From assembly GCA_047516945.1 (NCBI GenBank), contig JAKZTU010000162.1, positions 455-64,454 on the forward strand: a stretch of 64,000 bases of DNA, written 5' to 3'. Position numbers and translations under genes: made by a program. Positions 17,884 to 27,198 of the stretch are shown here, piece after piece. Positions within the stretch are counted from its first letter, which is position 1. Every line of letters starts with the position of its first letter. The notes beneath the pieces are model-generated. The model ran no database searches. It was not told the DNA's origin and saw only the letters and a list, made by a program, of their open reading frames with translations. Origin of the DNA: Acidimicrobiales bacterium (GTDB lineage: Bacteria > Actinomycetota > Acidimicrobiia > Acidimicrobiales > Aldehydirespiratoraceae).

Positions 17884-18564
17884 CTACGCGGCCAGTTTGT
17901 AGCCCAGGCCCCGGACAGTGACGACGTGACGCGGGTTGGCAGGATCGGACTCGATTTTGGTACGAAGCCGACGAATGTGCACGTCAACGAGGCGACCGTC
18001 GCCGAAATAACCGTAACCCCAAACTCTTTCAAGTAGCATCTCGCGGCTAAACACCCGACCGACGTTGGACGCCAGTTCCACAAGAAGTCGAAACTCGGTC
18101 TTGGTGAGATGTACTTCTTCTGTCCCGACTCGTACCACCCCTTCGTCAGGGATTATTTCCAGCTCACCGAACACAAGCTGTCGAGCGCCCGGGTCCGAGG
18201 TGCGGACACGGCGCAGCAACGCCCGGATCCGTGCCGATAGTTCTTTAGGGGCGTGGGGTTTGGTCAGGTAGTCGTCGGCTCCCGCCTCAAGTCCCGCGAC
18301 AACATCATGAGTGTCGGCTCGTGCCGTGACCATAACGATCGGCACATCGGAGACCTTGCGAATCGACCGGCAGACCTCAAAGCCATCCATCCCCGGAAGC
18401 ATGATGTCTATCAAGACAACGTCTGCGGGGGTTTGGCCGAAGGCCAGCAGCGCGTCTTCGCCCGACTCGGCTTCGGCTACCTCGTATCCCTCATCTTCAA
18501 GAGCGAGTCTCACAGACATTCGGATTCGCTCGTCGTCCTCAACGGTAAGTATGCGTGTGCTCAC
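17884..18564 (-). CDS. mtrA: OmpR-family response regulator (MtrA-like)
   Basis: Receiver domain (ILTVEDDERI, VLIDIMLPGMDG) and winged helix (VHIRRLRTKIE...VVTVRGLGYKL). Confidence 0.85.
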   Translation of the reverse strand: MSTRILTVEDDERIRMSVRLALEDEGYEVAEAESGEDALLAFGQTPADVVLIDIMLPGMDGFEVCRSIRKVSDVPIVMVTARADTHDVVAGLEAGADDYLTKPHAPKELSARIRALLRRVRTSDPGARQLVFGELEIIPDEGVVRVGTEEVHLTKTEFRLLVELASNVGRVFSREMLLERVWGYGYFGDGRLVDVHIRRLRTKIESDPANPRHVVTVRGLGYKLAA

Positions 18565-18592
18565 AAAGACGATGTTCTCAGATTTTCAGCCG

Positions 18593-18868
18593 TCACGTAA
18601 GCCCATCTTCTTGATGGGCTCGTTCGCGTGCTTCTCGTTGGTTCCATTCAGCGGCAGCTCGTAAGGCGAGAACTGCCACAACAGCAACTCCCGCGGCGCA
18701 ACCAATCGCGCTCACAAGTCCCACGATTCCCGCTTCGGTGGGGCAACTCTCGGCGCATTGAAGGTCGAGGACCACATAGCCGATAAGACCTCCACAGAGT
18801 CCAGCGAGCAGAATCGACACTACGGCCAGAACACGCATTAATCTGTTGGGAGCAGAGGTTGTCGTCAT
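18593..18868 (-). CDS. small membrane protein (2 TM)
   Basis: 91-aa ORF with two hydrophobic helices, 28 nt downstream of mtrA. Confidence 0.4.
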   Translation of the reverse strand: MTTTSAPNRLMRVLAVVSILLAGLCGGLIGYVVLDLQCAESCPTEAGIVGLVSAIGCAAGVAVVAVLALRAAAEWNQREARERAHQEDGLT

Positions 18869-18919
18869 TGCCCCGATCCTACCGACGCGCTAGCGGCGTC
18901 GCCGCCTAGAGTTCCGGCC

Positions 18920-19651
18920 GTGCGCTCACTCGTTGTTCTTCCGACATATGACGAGGCTGCGAACATCGCCGAGGTGTTCCACCGCTTGCGTCTGGCCTGC
19001 CCTGAGGCCCGGGTGCTCGTGGTTGACGACGCCTCCCCGGACGGCACTGCAGACGTTGTTGAGGCTTTGGGCGAGGAGTTCGCTGGTATTGAACTGCTGC
19101 GGCGAAGTGGAAAATCAGGTCTTGGGTCTGCATACCGCGACGGATTTCGGCGGGGATTGGAGCAGGGATTCGACATTCTGGTAGCGATGGACAGCGACCT
19201 GTCACATGACCCAGGAGTGCTCCCACAGCTTCTTGAGGCGATTGAGCAGGGAGTGGACTTGGCCATCGGCAGCCGCTACGTCCCTGGTGGATCGATTCCT
19301 GACTGGTCCTGGCATCGCAGGTTGCTCTCCAGATGGGGCAACCGCTATGTCGGAGTTGCTCTCGGAATGGGTGTTGCCGACGCCACTAGCGGTTACCGAG
19401 CCTTTCGGGCCACAACGATTGCCAAGATCGATTTTCAAAAGATTCGAGCCGATGGGTATGGCTTCCAGATCGAAATGGCCTACCGGATGTTGGGTGTCGG
19501 TGGAACTGTTCGTGAACTCCCGATTTCGTTCGTTGACAGGGTGAGAGGTAAATCGAAGATGTCGCCCCGCATTGTTGCCGAAGCACTTGTGCTGGTGACT
19601 TGGTGGGGCGTGCGGGATCGGCTGCGTCGCTTGTTGGGTCACAGATCCTGA
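18920..19651 (+). CDS. ppm1: polyprenol/dolichol-phosphate mannose synthase (GT2)
   Basis: Motifs VVLPTYDEAANI, VVDDASPDGT, MDSDLSHDP and GFQIEM. Confidence 0.85.
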   Translation: MRSLVVLPTYDEAANIAEVFHRLRLACPEARVLVVDDASPDGTADVVEALGEEFAGIELLRRSGKSGLGSAYRDGFRRGLEQGFDILVAMDSDLSHDPGVLPQLLEAIEQGVDLAIGSRYVPGGSIPDWSWHRRLLSRWGNRYVGVALGMGVADATSGYRAFRATTIAKIDFQKIRADGYGFQIEMAYRMLGVGGTVRELPISFVDRVRGKSKMSPRIVAEALVLVTWWGVRDRLRRLLGHRS

Positions 19652-19740
19652 GCGAAGGAGTTAGGTAGTTCTTGCGTTGGTTTGACGCGCAAGCTGTGCG
19701 ACACTGTAGGTGTCGGCCATTTGATCTGGAGGAATGATCG

Positions 19741-20124
19741 GTGCCGTTATCTGAAGACGAGCGACGGATTCTCAACGAAATCGAGGACCATCTCTATGAG
19801 AGCGACCCCGCTTTGGCGCGCGAGGTTGCGCAGACGACCATCTACACGCATGCCTTTCGAAATCTCAAATGGGCGACCTTGGGTTTCTTGGTGGGTGTCA
19901 CGTTTATGGTCGTGTTGCTATCGGTCCACTTTGTGCTCGCTTTCTTTGGATTTGCGGTGATGCTGGTGAGCGTGTTGTGGTTTGAGAACAACGCCCGAAA
20001 ACTGGGGCGGGTTGGGCTCCAGGAGATGACCGAGCACTATCGGGGTGGCACCTTGCGTGACGCTGTTGGAGGAGCTGGTATACGTCTGCGCCAACGTTTC
20101 CAGCGCCCAGACGACCGCCTGTAA
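19741..20124 (+). CDS. DUF3040 membrane protein
   Basis: N-terminal PLSEDERRILNEIEDHLYESDPALA followed by 2 TM helices. GTG start. Confidence 0.7.
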   Translation: MPLSEDERRILNEIEDHLYESDPALAREVAQTTIYTHAFRNLKWATLGFLVGVTFMVVLLSVHFVLAFFGFAVMLVSVLWFENNARKLGRVGLQEMTEHYRGGTLRDAVGGAGIRLRQRFQRPDDRL

Positions 20125-20161
20125 CGGTTTGTCCGCTAACTCCTAATCGCTCGCGCCCCTA

Positions 20162-22522
20162 CTAATCAACGAGGGTTCTAGGATCAATCGCCGCTAGCGC
20201 CACGCGGCGCAGGCCCGCAAGGGTATGGCAACGATCAACTATGTGTGCCGAGGCCTCTTTGGCCCCAAGCGCCAACTCGTTGGCAAAGTTGGCACGGCCT
20301 ATATCGTCTTCGTCGGTGGAATCGGCGCTGGAGGTGTCTGAATAACGCAGCGCTGTGACGCAGGCGGCTAGTTCGTGCAGCGGCGGAAGATCACTTCTGA
20401 AGCGTTCTGCCTCGGCGGCGAACTCCAAGGGGGTCTGATGTCGTTTGGGTGACAAACCGAGCAACCTGAGCGCTCTGATGGCATCGTCCCAGGCAATCTC
20501 GGTTCTGTGAATTGGGTCGGCAGCTCTTCGGAGTAAGCGCCTCCGTCGGCGGATTGCTCTGAAAGTGGGGGAGACGGCAGCGAGTGCTGCGATGCCGGCG
20601 ATCACTATGAGAATCAGGCGGATCACGTCAAGAAACTCTGGCCGTTGAGACTCAGACACAGAGGTTGAATCCGCAACGCTCCCGGGTGCTGTTGGACGGG
20701 GCGCGGGAGCAGCTTGACGGCCGCCGCTGCTTTGAGCCGGGGTTGAGTCGGGCGCGAACTCCGACAAGGCTCCTGCGCGGTTGCTGGGGTACTGCCGTGC
20801 ATCGGTGTGACCGGTGATGTCGGAATCGTGGGGTCTGCTGCGGCCTGGGGTCGGCTCAAATACGATCCAACCCACCCCTGCGAAGAACACCTCGGGCCAA
20901 GCATGCCCATGATGCCCCCGTACTACGTATTCTTGGCGCGCGGGGTCCCACGAGCCCCAGGTGTAACCGACTGCAACCCGTGTGGGGATTCCAAGTGAAC
21001 GGGCCATCGCGGCGAACACCGAGGCGAACTGTTCGCAATACCCACTTCGGACGTTGAATAGGAAATCCTCCGCAGTGGAGACATTGTGCCGCCTAGCGAC
21101 GTTGAGGTCGTAGCTGAAGTTCGCCGGATTCCGAAAGAAATCCTGCAACATCCTGGCCCGCTGGTAGTCGTTCGCGGCGCCTTCGGTGACTTGGTGGGCG
21201 AGGGTGGTGATTCGCTGTGGCCAGCAATCATGGGTTGTCGTGGACTCTGCGGGACCGCAGATCGGCGGGAGTTGAATATGTTCGGCCAAGAACTCTCCGC
21301 TTAAACCTGCCGCTGCTCGGTCCGGAAGCTGCGCAGGATCGTAATCGGGAATCAAACTCTCGATCGTGTAGCGAAACCCCTGCTCTGCCTGCGCTTGAGA
21401 GTCCCTGTGATACACCAGCGCGCCAGTAGCAATTTCGTATTCGAGGTTGACTCCGCCGTCGTCGAGCACGCGGCTTGGTTCATAAGCGGCAGGCAAATAG
21501 ATGTCGTCTTCGCCCTGAGAGCGCTTGGTCACGGTTTGGGTCAGCTTCGTGCGGTTTGCGACTGAGGGGTCAACTGTGCTGTCGAGTTGGCCCCGAACCT
21601 CGTCGAAGTTCGACGTGCGTTCCCACTGGCTGCCGTTGAAACTCGTGAGAGCCATTAAACGCCAATAGTCACGCTCGTCTTCGGCGACCCTCACCGAGAA
21701 AATCTCCTGATCGCTTTGTTCAACCAATGAAGCTGAGACATTGACGAGCGGGCTGATGATACTGCGAGTTGTTGGTGGGTCGTCCAGTTCGGTGACGTCG
21801 AACAACGGTTGAGAGTCGGAGCCTGGGATGCGAGGGGCTACGAAGCCCCCGAAGACGACGACAATAAAGCCGAAAATAGCGCCCACCCGCAGAATTGTGG
21901 ACACGCCTCGGCTCGCTTTGGTTGCGACCCAGACTTCATCATCGGATTTGCTAACGGCTCGCATTGAGAGCAGAACCGCAGCAACTGCCGCCGTGTATGC
22001 AATTCCATGAGCTATCTGATTGCGATCGACACCCAAAAGAGCGGTGAAGACAAGAACCGACGTTGCTGGAGCGATGGCTTCAAAAAAGGATCGCAATCGG
22101 AAGGCCGCAGAATCGGCCAAGAACGCCGCAAACCAGATCAGTACCGATGCGCTCACCACAAAACCCCGCAGCGGCTCAACCGGCGCGGAGTCATCGGCGA
22201 AAACAGTCGCGGCGGCTGAGAGGTCGTCAGTCAGAGCGCGGATCGTCTCCGCTGTCGGGAAGACAAGTGCGCTGTCGTTTGGATAGAAAACTGCGCTACC
22301 GAGCAGTATCAGCGTGACTGCGCTAACGATCGTCGATAGTCCGATCTTGAACCTGGCACGACGGCAGGCAATTGCCACCAGATGAGACACGACTACCATC
22401 AACAGGACATCACGCAAGAAGGTCAGGTCAACAAACAGGCGCTCCAGTGTGGTCGTGGCGACTATCGATCCGGCGATCAACGAAGCCTCGGCGACGGCGG
22501 TAGTGACCTGACGCGGATTCAC
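20162..22522 (-). CDS. transglutaminase-domain membrane protein (TgpA-like)
   Basis: Multi-TM N-terminus. Catalytic core SGYCEQFASVFAAMARSLGIPTRVAVGY...GHHGHAWPEV. C-terminal TM helix. Confidence 0.85.
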   Translation of the reverse strand: MNPRQVTTAVAEASLIAGSIVATTTLERLFVDLTFLRDVLLMVVVSHLVAIACRRARFKIGLSTIVSAVTLILLGSAVFYPNDSALVFPTAETIRALTDDLSAAATVFADDSAPVEPLRGFVVSASVLIWFAAFLADSAAFRLRSFFEAIAPATSVLVFTALLGVDRNQIAHGIAYTAAVAAVLLSMRAVSKSDDEVWVATKASRGVSTILRVGAIFGFIVVVFGGFVAPRIPGSDSQPLFDVTELDDPPTTRSIISPLVNVSASLVEQSDQEIFSVRVAEDERDYWRLMALTSFNGSQWERTSNFDEVRGQLDSTVDPSVANRTKLTQTVTKRSQGEDDIYLPAAYEPSRVLDDGGVNLEYEIATGALVYHRDSQAQAEQGFRYTIESLIPDYDPAQLPDRAAAGLSGEFLAEHIQLPPICGPAESTTTHDCWPQRITTLAHQVTEGAANDYQRARMLQDFFRNPANFSYDLNVARRHNVSTAEDFLFNVRSGYCEQFASVFAAMARSLGIPTRVAVGYTWGSWDPARQEYVVRGHHGHAWPEVFFAGVGWIVFEPTPGRSRPHDSDITGHTDARQYPSNRAGALSEFAPDSTPAQSSGGRQAAPAPRPTAPGSVADSTSVSESQRPEFLDVIRLILIVIAGIAALAAVSPTFRAIRRRRRLLRRAADPIHRTEIAWDDAIRALRLLGLSPKRHQTPLEFAAEAERFRSDLPPLHELAACVTALRYSDTSSADSTDEDDIGRANFANELALGAKEASAHIVDRCHTLAGLRRVALAAIDPRTLVD

Positions 22523-23682
22523 GCGAACTCGTGTGATCGGCGAGCTTCTGAGGACAACAGTGCTCCAAGTTGGTTTGGAGCAGTGAGATGAATCCAGCCC
22601 GATGAGCGGTGACTGTGGCTATTGGCACCCCAGTTTTGCACATCGGTTGTGATGACGAGCTGAGCCCCTAGTCGTTCGGCAAAATTGCGTCGTGCTGCAA
22701 GGTCGGTGATGAGTGCAGGATCGGCCGAAACAGCGATGACGGTGCCGCCGTTGCTTGGAATCGCCGCGTGAATCTGTGGTGAACCATTGGCCAAAAGTGC
22801 CAGGAACTCAAGCAGAGAGTCGAGTTGTGAATTGCCGATGACTCGTCTGGTGGAGCGGCCGTCAGTTGTCTCAATAAGTGTGGCATCGCCCGCCGCGAGG
22901 ACGGAGGCCGCGATTGAACCAGCGATAGATGTTGTGACATCCAAGGCTGTTGCGAGATCGCCCGGTGGTCGTGTGTCGATCACCACAGAAAGCAGACCGT
23001 GCTGGGGAGGGCGGGGTTGTCGCACTTGGAGTTCGTCTTGGCGTGCTGAGGACAGCCAATGGACGCGCCGCAGATCATCGCCTGGTGTGTAGGGACGAAG
23101 CCCGTCGAAGTCTTCGTCGCTCAGTCCGAGCGACCGGTGATGTTTCTTGCCGAGCAATGAGTGCTCTGCGGAGGGGACTGGGAATTGGGGGATGATCTCG
23201 AGGCGAGGATGCACAACTAATCGCAACAGACTGGGGATCTCGTGTCTTCGCTGCACAAGCCCGAAAGCGTCACTGTCATGGATCGTCATCGGCCCGACCT
23301 CATGCAATCCGCGGCTGGCGGTGTTGAGACGGTAGGAAGCGCGAGCCACGCCTCCTTCGGCTGCTATTGGGGCGACGTTCAAGGTGAAACCTCGGGTGCC
23401 TCGCACAGCATCATGAAGATGAAGCAGGGGGGTGCGTCGGGACCCTTGGTTGTGCAGCTCAATATCAACGCGCGCTGAATCTCCTGCGGGGACGCGCTGC
23501 GGAGAGAGTCGCTTTTTGACAGTTACCCGAGACGGGAGCAGGTGTCGAAGCAGCAGTGCAAGTGCCACCGAGGTAACTCCGGCGATGCCGGGAACCAGGA
23601 ACTCAATCCCGCCGATGAGGCGTCCGAAGATTCCCAGGACTCCGCTGACGATTAGCACCCACCAGCCTGTCCGGGTCGGCAC
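22519..23682 (-). CDS. DUF58 family protein
   Basis: Two N-terminal TM helices. DUF58 signature DFDGLRPYTPGDDLRRVHW. 4-nt overlap with the transglutaminase start. Confidence 0.8.
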   Translation of the reverse strand: MPTRTGWWVLIVSGVLGIFGRLIGGIEFLVPGIAGVTSVALALLLRHLLPSRVTVKKRLSPQRVPAGDSARVDIELHNQGSRRTPLLHLHDAVRGTRGFTLNVAPIAAEGGVARASYRLNTASRGLHEVGPMTIHDSDAFGLVQRRHEIPSLLRLVVHPRLEIIPQFPVPSAEHSLLGKKHHRSLGLSDEDFDGLRPYTPGDDLRRVHWLSSARQDELQVRQPRPPQHGLLSVVIDTRPPGDLATALDVTTSIAGSIAASVLAAGDATLIETTDGRSTRRVIGNSQLDSLLEFLALLANGSPQIHAAIPSNGGTVIAVSADPALITDLAARRNFAERLGAQLVITTDVQNWGANSHSHRSSGWIHLTAPNQLGALLSSEARRSHEFA

Positions 23683-23683
23683 G

Positions 23684-24778
23684 TTATCTTCTTTCGGGCC
23701 GTGGAACAGGAACGCTGTCTAAGATCTCGGTGACCACATCGGAGGTTCGGACGCCGCGCATGCGCACTTCGGGAGTGACCAGCAGTCGGTGTGGGAGTAC
23801 TACGCGTGCCAACTCCTTCACGTCGTCTGGTATCGAATATCGGCGTCCGCGGGAGGCAGCTTGGGCCCGTGCAACGCGTTGCAACGCCAACACACCGCGA
23901 GGCGAGAGTCCGAGTAACAGAGAGGGGTGTCCGCGCGTGGCGCTAGCCAAGTTGAGCAGGTACTGGCGCAACGGCGCAGCGACGTAAATCTGCTCAAGCG
24001 ACCCCGACATTTCCCTGACCGCTTCAGCAGAAACAACTGCGCTGAGTTGGTCCACCGCATTGCCGGTTCCTTCGTGCGATTCAAGGATCAGGTTCTCAGC
24101 CTCACGATCTGGATAGCCGATGGCAAGCTGCATGAGGAAGCGATCAAGCTGAGCCTCCGGGAGCGTATAGGTGCCCTCGTGTTCGATCGGGTTCTGGGTT
24201 GCGATGACGATAAAGGGTGAACCCAGTTCGTGGGTTACTCCATCGGAGGTGACCTGACGCTCGCCCATCGCTTCGAGAAGAGCTGATTGAGTTTTGGGCG
24301 AAGCGCGGTTGATCTCGTCTGCCAACAGCACGTCAGAAAAGATTGGACCGGGCCGGAACTCGAAGGTCTCGCTCGCTCGATTCCAGACCGACATACCAGT
24401 TACATCAGTCGGGAGAAGGTCGGGAGTGAATTGGACCCGTCCGAATCTTCCGTCGACACTGCGCGCCAGAGCTTTTCCGAGGCTGGTCTTGCCGACGCCG
24501 GGGACGTCTTCGATAAGTACGTGGCCGTCGCATACGAGAGCAAGCACGAGTAGGTGAATCACGTCGGCTTTGCCGCGTATCACTGTCTCGATATTGGCAA
24601 CAATCGCAGCGAAGTTTTGCTGGAATTCGGTCGTGGTTGCGCTGTCTTGGGCCAGATCTGGCACAGCATTATCGGCTGTCAAACCTCGGGGAGTTCCCGG
24701 GCTACGGTCGATTGCGCTCACTGTGTCTCCAAGGGCAATGTTTCCAAGGGCATCAATGCTAACTAGTTTGTCGGCCAT
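23684..24778 (-). CDS. moxR: MoxR-family AAA+ ATPase
   Basis: Walker A EDVPGVGKT, Walker B LLADEINRA, and IATQNPIE. Its stop lies 1 nt before the DUF58 start. The start is uncertain: ATG 24778, or in-frame GTG/TTG codons 19-37 codons downstream. Confidence 0.8.
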   Translation of the reverse strand: MADKLVSIDALGNIALGDTVSAIDRSPGTPRGLTADNAVPDLAQDSATTTEFQQNFAAIVANIETVIRGKADVIHLLVLALVCDGHVLIEDVPGVGKTSLGKALARSVDGRFGRVQFTPDLLPTDVTGMSVWNRASETFEFRPGPIFSDVLLADEINRASPKTQSALLEAMGERQVTSDGVTHELGSPFIVIATQNPIEHEGTYTLPEAQLDRFLMQLAIGYPDREAENLILESHEGTGNAVDQLSAVVSAEAVREMSGSLEQIYVAAPLRQYLLNLASATRGHPSLLLGLSPRGVLALQRVARAQAASRGRRYSIPDDVKELARVVLPHRLLVTPEVRMRGVRTSDVVTEILDSVPVPRPERR

Positions 24779-25646
24779 GCCTGTTGCGCTTGCGGTTGAT
24801 ATTGGCGGAACTAAGTTCGAAGCTGCGATCGTGACGAACACTGGCGAGATTCGTGGGCGTGTCCGAGTCGACTCGACTGCGGCGAGCGATGCAGAGGAGC
24901 TGTTTAGTCGACTAGCTGGGATTGTTGAGTCGTTTGATCTTGGCTCGGTAGATGTCTGTGGGGTCGGTTCTGGCGGTCCGATGCTCCCCAATGGTGAGGA
25001 AGTGTCTCCACTCAACATCGGAGAGTGGCGAGACTTTCCGCTGCGTTCTCGGGTGGCGGAACTAACCGGGCTGCCCACGTTTGTGGACAATGACGCCAAG
25101 GCCCTAGCTCTGGCAGAAGGTTGGCTTGGAGCGGCAGTGGGAGTGTCAAACTATATTGCCATGGTTGTGTCAACCGGTGTTGGTGGTGGGATTGTTCTCA
25201 ACGGCAAACTGCTTGACGGCGCACTCGGAAACGCGGGACATATTGGACATGTTGTCGTGGAACCGGAGGGAACGGAATTGCCTGGGCATGTCCGTGGAGT
25301 GCTCGAAGGCGAAGCCAGCGGTAGCGCCATTGCCTTTCGAACAGGAGCACCGGCCACCGTAGCCTCTGTGGTTGAACGGGCGAGGGCGGGCACCATGGTG
25401 GGCCGGGCGGTGGGTTCGGTTGCCAATCTGCTTGATTTGCGGCTTGCGGTTGTAGCAGGTTCTGTGGCTTTGGGGTATGGCGACGACTTTTTTGCCGCCG
25501 CTCAGCTTGAGTGCGACCGAGTGGCTCGACTGCAGCATTCTGTCGGTACCAGAATCGTTCCTGCGGGCCTCGCTGCCGAGGGTCCTTTGATCGGTGCCGC
25601 TGCAGTTGGTTTCAGTGGCGCTGGGTATTGCACCGGTGACCTGTGA
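24777..25646 (+). CDS. ROK-family sugar kinase (glucokinase-like)
   Basis: Start moved to ATG 24777 (MPVALAVDIGGTKFEAAIV). ROK motif LGNAGHIGH. Confidence 0.8.
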   Translation: MPVALAVDIGGTKFEAAIVTNTGEIRGRVRVDSTAASDAEELFSRLAGIVESFDLGSVDVCGVGSGGPMLPNGEEVSPLNIGEWRDFPLRSRVAELTGLPTFVDNDAKALALAEGWLGAAVGVSNYIAMVVSTGVGGGIVLNGKLLDGALGNAGHIGHVVVEPEGTELPGHVRGVLEGEASGSAIAFRTGAPATVASVVERARAGTMVGRAVGSVANLLDLRLAVVAGSVALGYGDDFFAAAQLECDRVARLQHSVGTRIVPAGLAAEGPLIGAAAVGFSGAGYCTGDL

Positions 25647-25656
25647 GGCACTACTG

Positions 25657-25932
25657 ATGAGACAGCAGCGTGTCATGCTTGCGATGTTCGCGGTGTTGGG
25701 GGCGGTCATTGCGCGACCCTCCCTGTGGGCCACCGCGATGCTCGAGGCGAAGCGCTTCGTGCCTGACGATTGGCTACGGCGTAGCCCCTATCTCCCATTG
25801 CCGGATCCGGAGTTGCTTCGCTTTCGGGTTACTACTCAGTACGGAGATCCCGAATCTCCGGTCGTGGTAAGCGATGTGGTCGTCTGGTTGCGTTGGTGCA
25901 AAGCTGAGAACCGGCGTAGGCGCAGGGGCTAG
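25657..25932 (+). CDS. small hypothetical protein with N-terminal TM helix
   Basis: ATG 25657 (MRQQRVMLAMFAVLGAVIARP...), 10 nt after the ROK stop. Arg-rich C-terminus. Confidence 0.4.
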   Translation: MRQQRVMLAMFAVLGAVIARPSLWATAMLEAKRFVPDDWLRRSPYLPLPDPELLRFRVTTQYGDPESPVVVSDVVVWLRWCKAENRRRRRG

Positions 25933-25941
25933 CGTTCGTCC

Positions 25942-26448
25942 ATGGCCGGAGTCCTCGTTCTCAATGCAACGTTCGAGCCTCTCGCTGTTGTGCCGGTTCG
26001 TCGAGCCATTTGTTTGATGCTGGCCAACAAGGTCGAATTGCTGCACGCCTCTGGGCGTCTGGTGCGCTCTGAGCGGCTGGCGTTGGCAGAACCCTCAGTG
26101 GTACGACTGTCGCGCTACGTCAAGGTTCCGTATGCACGTCATCGGTCGCCTAGTCGCCACGGGATTTTTATTCGCGACAGCCACAGGTGCCAATATTGCG
26201 GCGGACGTGCGGAGACTGTCGATCATGTAGTGCCTCGTAGTCGTGGCGGTTGTCATGCGTGGGAGAACGTTGTGGCAGCATGTCGGCGTTGCAATGCCAG
26301 CAAGCGCGATCGTTTGCTTCCAGAAACCTCAATGCGGCTTCGGCGCCCACCCGGGCCACCTCCGCCAGGTTCTTGGATTGAGATTGCTTCAGGATCAATG
26401 CCAGTTGCCTGGTTGCAATACTTGACCGATCAGCGCCGCTCAGCGTGA
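25942..26448 (+). CDS. small stand-alone HNH endonuclease
   Basis: HRCQYCGG...VDHVVPRSRGG...WENVVAACRRCNASKRD. Confidence 0.85.
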   Translation: MAGVLVLNATFEPLAVVPVRRAICLMLANKVELLHASGRLVRSERLALAEPSVVRLSRYVKVPYARHRSPSRHGIFIRDSHRCQYCGGRAETVDHVVPRSRGGCHAWENVVAACRRCNASKRDRLLPETSMRLRRPPGPPPPGSWIEIASGSMPVAWLQYLTDQRRSA

Positions 26449-27098
26449 CCTGGATCACCGGGCATCTTCACGGCAGCGCTTCGATCCTTCATGAGTTCGC
26501 CCCACCAAAGCAACGTGAACGGACTCTTTATGTTCTAGAGGCGCACTCGGCTGCATTTGTTATCGGGAGTTCTCAACCCGAGAGCCAGGTTGATTCGCGA
26601 TGCGCCTCGGCGCTGGGCGTGTCGATCGTGCGTCGGTGCAGTGGGGGAGGAGCGGTGCTGCTGGTTCCTGGTCAACATGTGTGGATTGATGTTTGGTTGC
26701 CCTCTGGTGACGCCTTGTGGAGCGACGATGTGGTAGTCGCCGCGGAGTGGCTTGGCGAGGTTTTTGCCTTGGCGTTTGCAGATGTGGGGATACCAGATCT
26801 GTCGGTTCACATCGGTCCGGCGAGCAACGATGCCTTGTCGCGGAAGGTCTGTTTCTTGGGTCGCGGCCCTGGAGAAGTTTTTTGCGGTGGGCGAAAAGTC
26901 GTTGGACTGAGTCAGCGGCGAACTCGCGATTGGATCCGTTTCCAAACGATCGTGCACCGTCAATTCTCTGCGAACTACACGGCCGCTCTGCTGGCTGTTG
27001 CGGTGGATTCTGATGTGATCGCGCAGTGGCAGTCGCAGGTGTATGAGATCGGTGACTTGCCGATTCTCGATCTGTTGCAGACCCACCTGCCTCAATAG
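26445..27098 (+). CDS. biotin/lipoate A/B protein ligase family protein (LplA/LipB-like)
   Basis: VRRCSGGGAVLLVPG and a conserved Lys motif GGRKVVGLSQRR. GTGA overlap with the HNH stop. Confidence 0.7.
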   Translation: MTWITGHLHGSASILHEFAPPKQRERTLYVLEAHSAAFVIGSSQPESQVDSRCASALGVSIVRRCSGGGAVLLVPGQHVWIDVWLPSGDALWSDDVVVAAEWLGEVFALAFADVGIPDLSVHIGPASNDALSRKVCFLGRGPGEVFCGGRKVVGLSQRRTRDWIRFQTIVHRQFSANYTAALLAVAVDSDVIAQWQSQVYEIGDLPILDLLQTHLPQ

Positions 27099-27198
27099 TC
27101 CAGTCGGCGAGGTCACTCGGTTAGAGGCCACGCGGAAGGCCCGGCGTTGAGATTTGGTGCTTCGTTCAATGTTCAGACGCCAGAGAAACTTGCAAATT

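Noticed and set aside
24779-25099. 107-codon N-terminal extension of the MoxR ORF
   Set aside because: The extension is Ser/Thr/Pro-rich low complexity and fully overlaps the ROK kinase coding region on the other strand. MoxR homology starts after ATG 24778.
25942-26448. HNH gene as a marker of a mobile element or homing endonuclease
   Set aside because: There is no intron or intein host gene, no flanking repeats, integrase or phage genes. It is embedded by overlaps in a housekeeping-looking operon.
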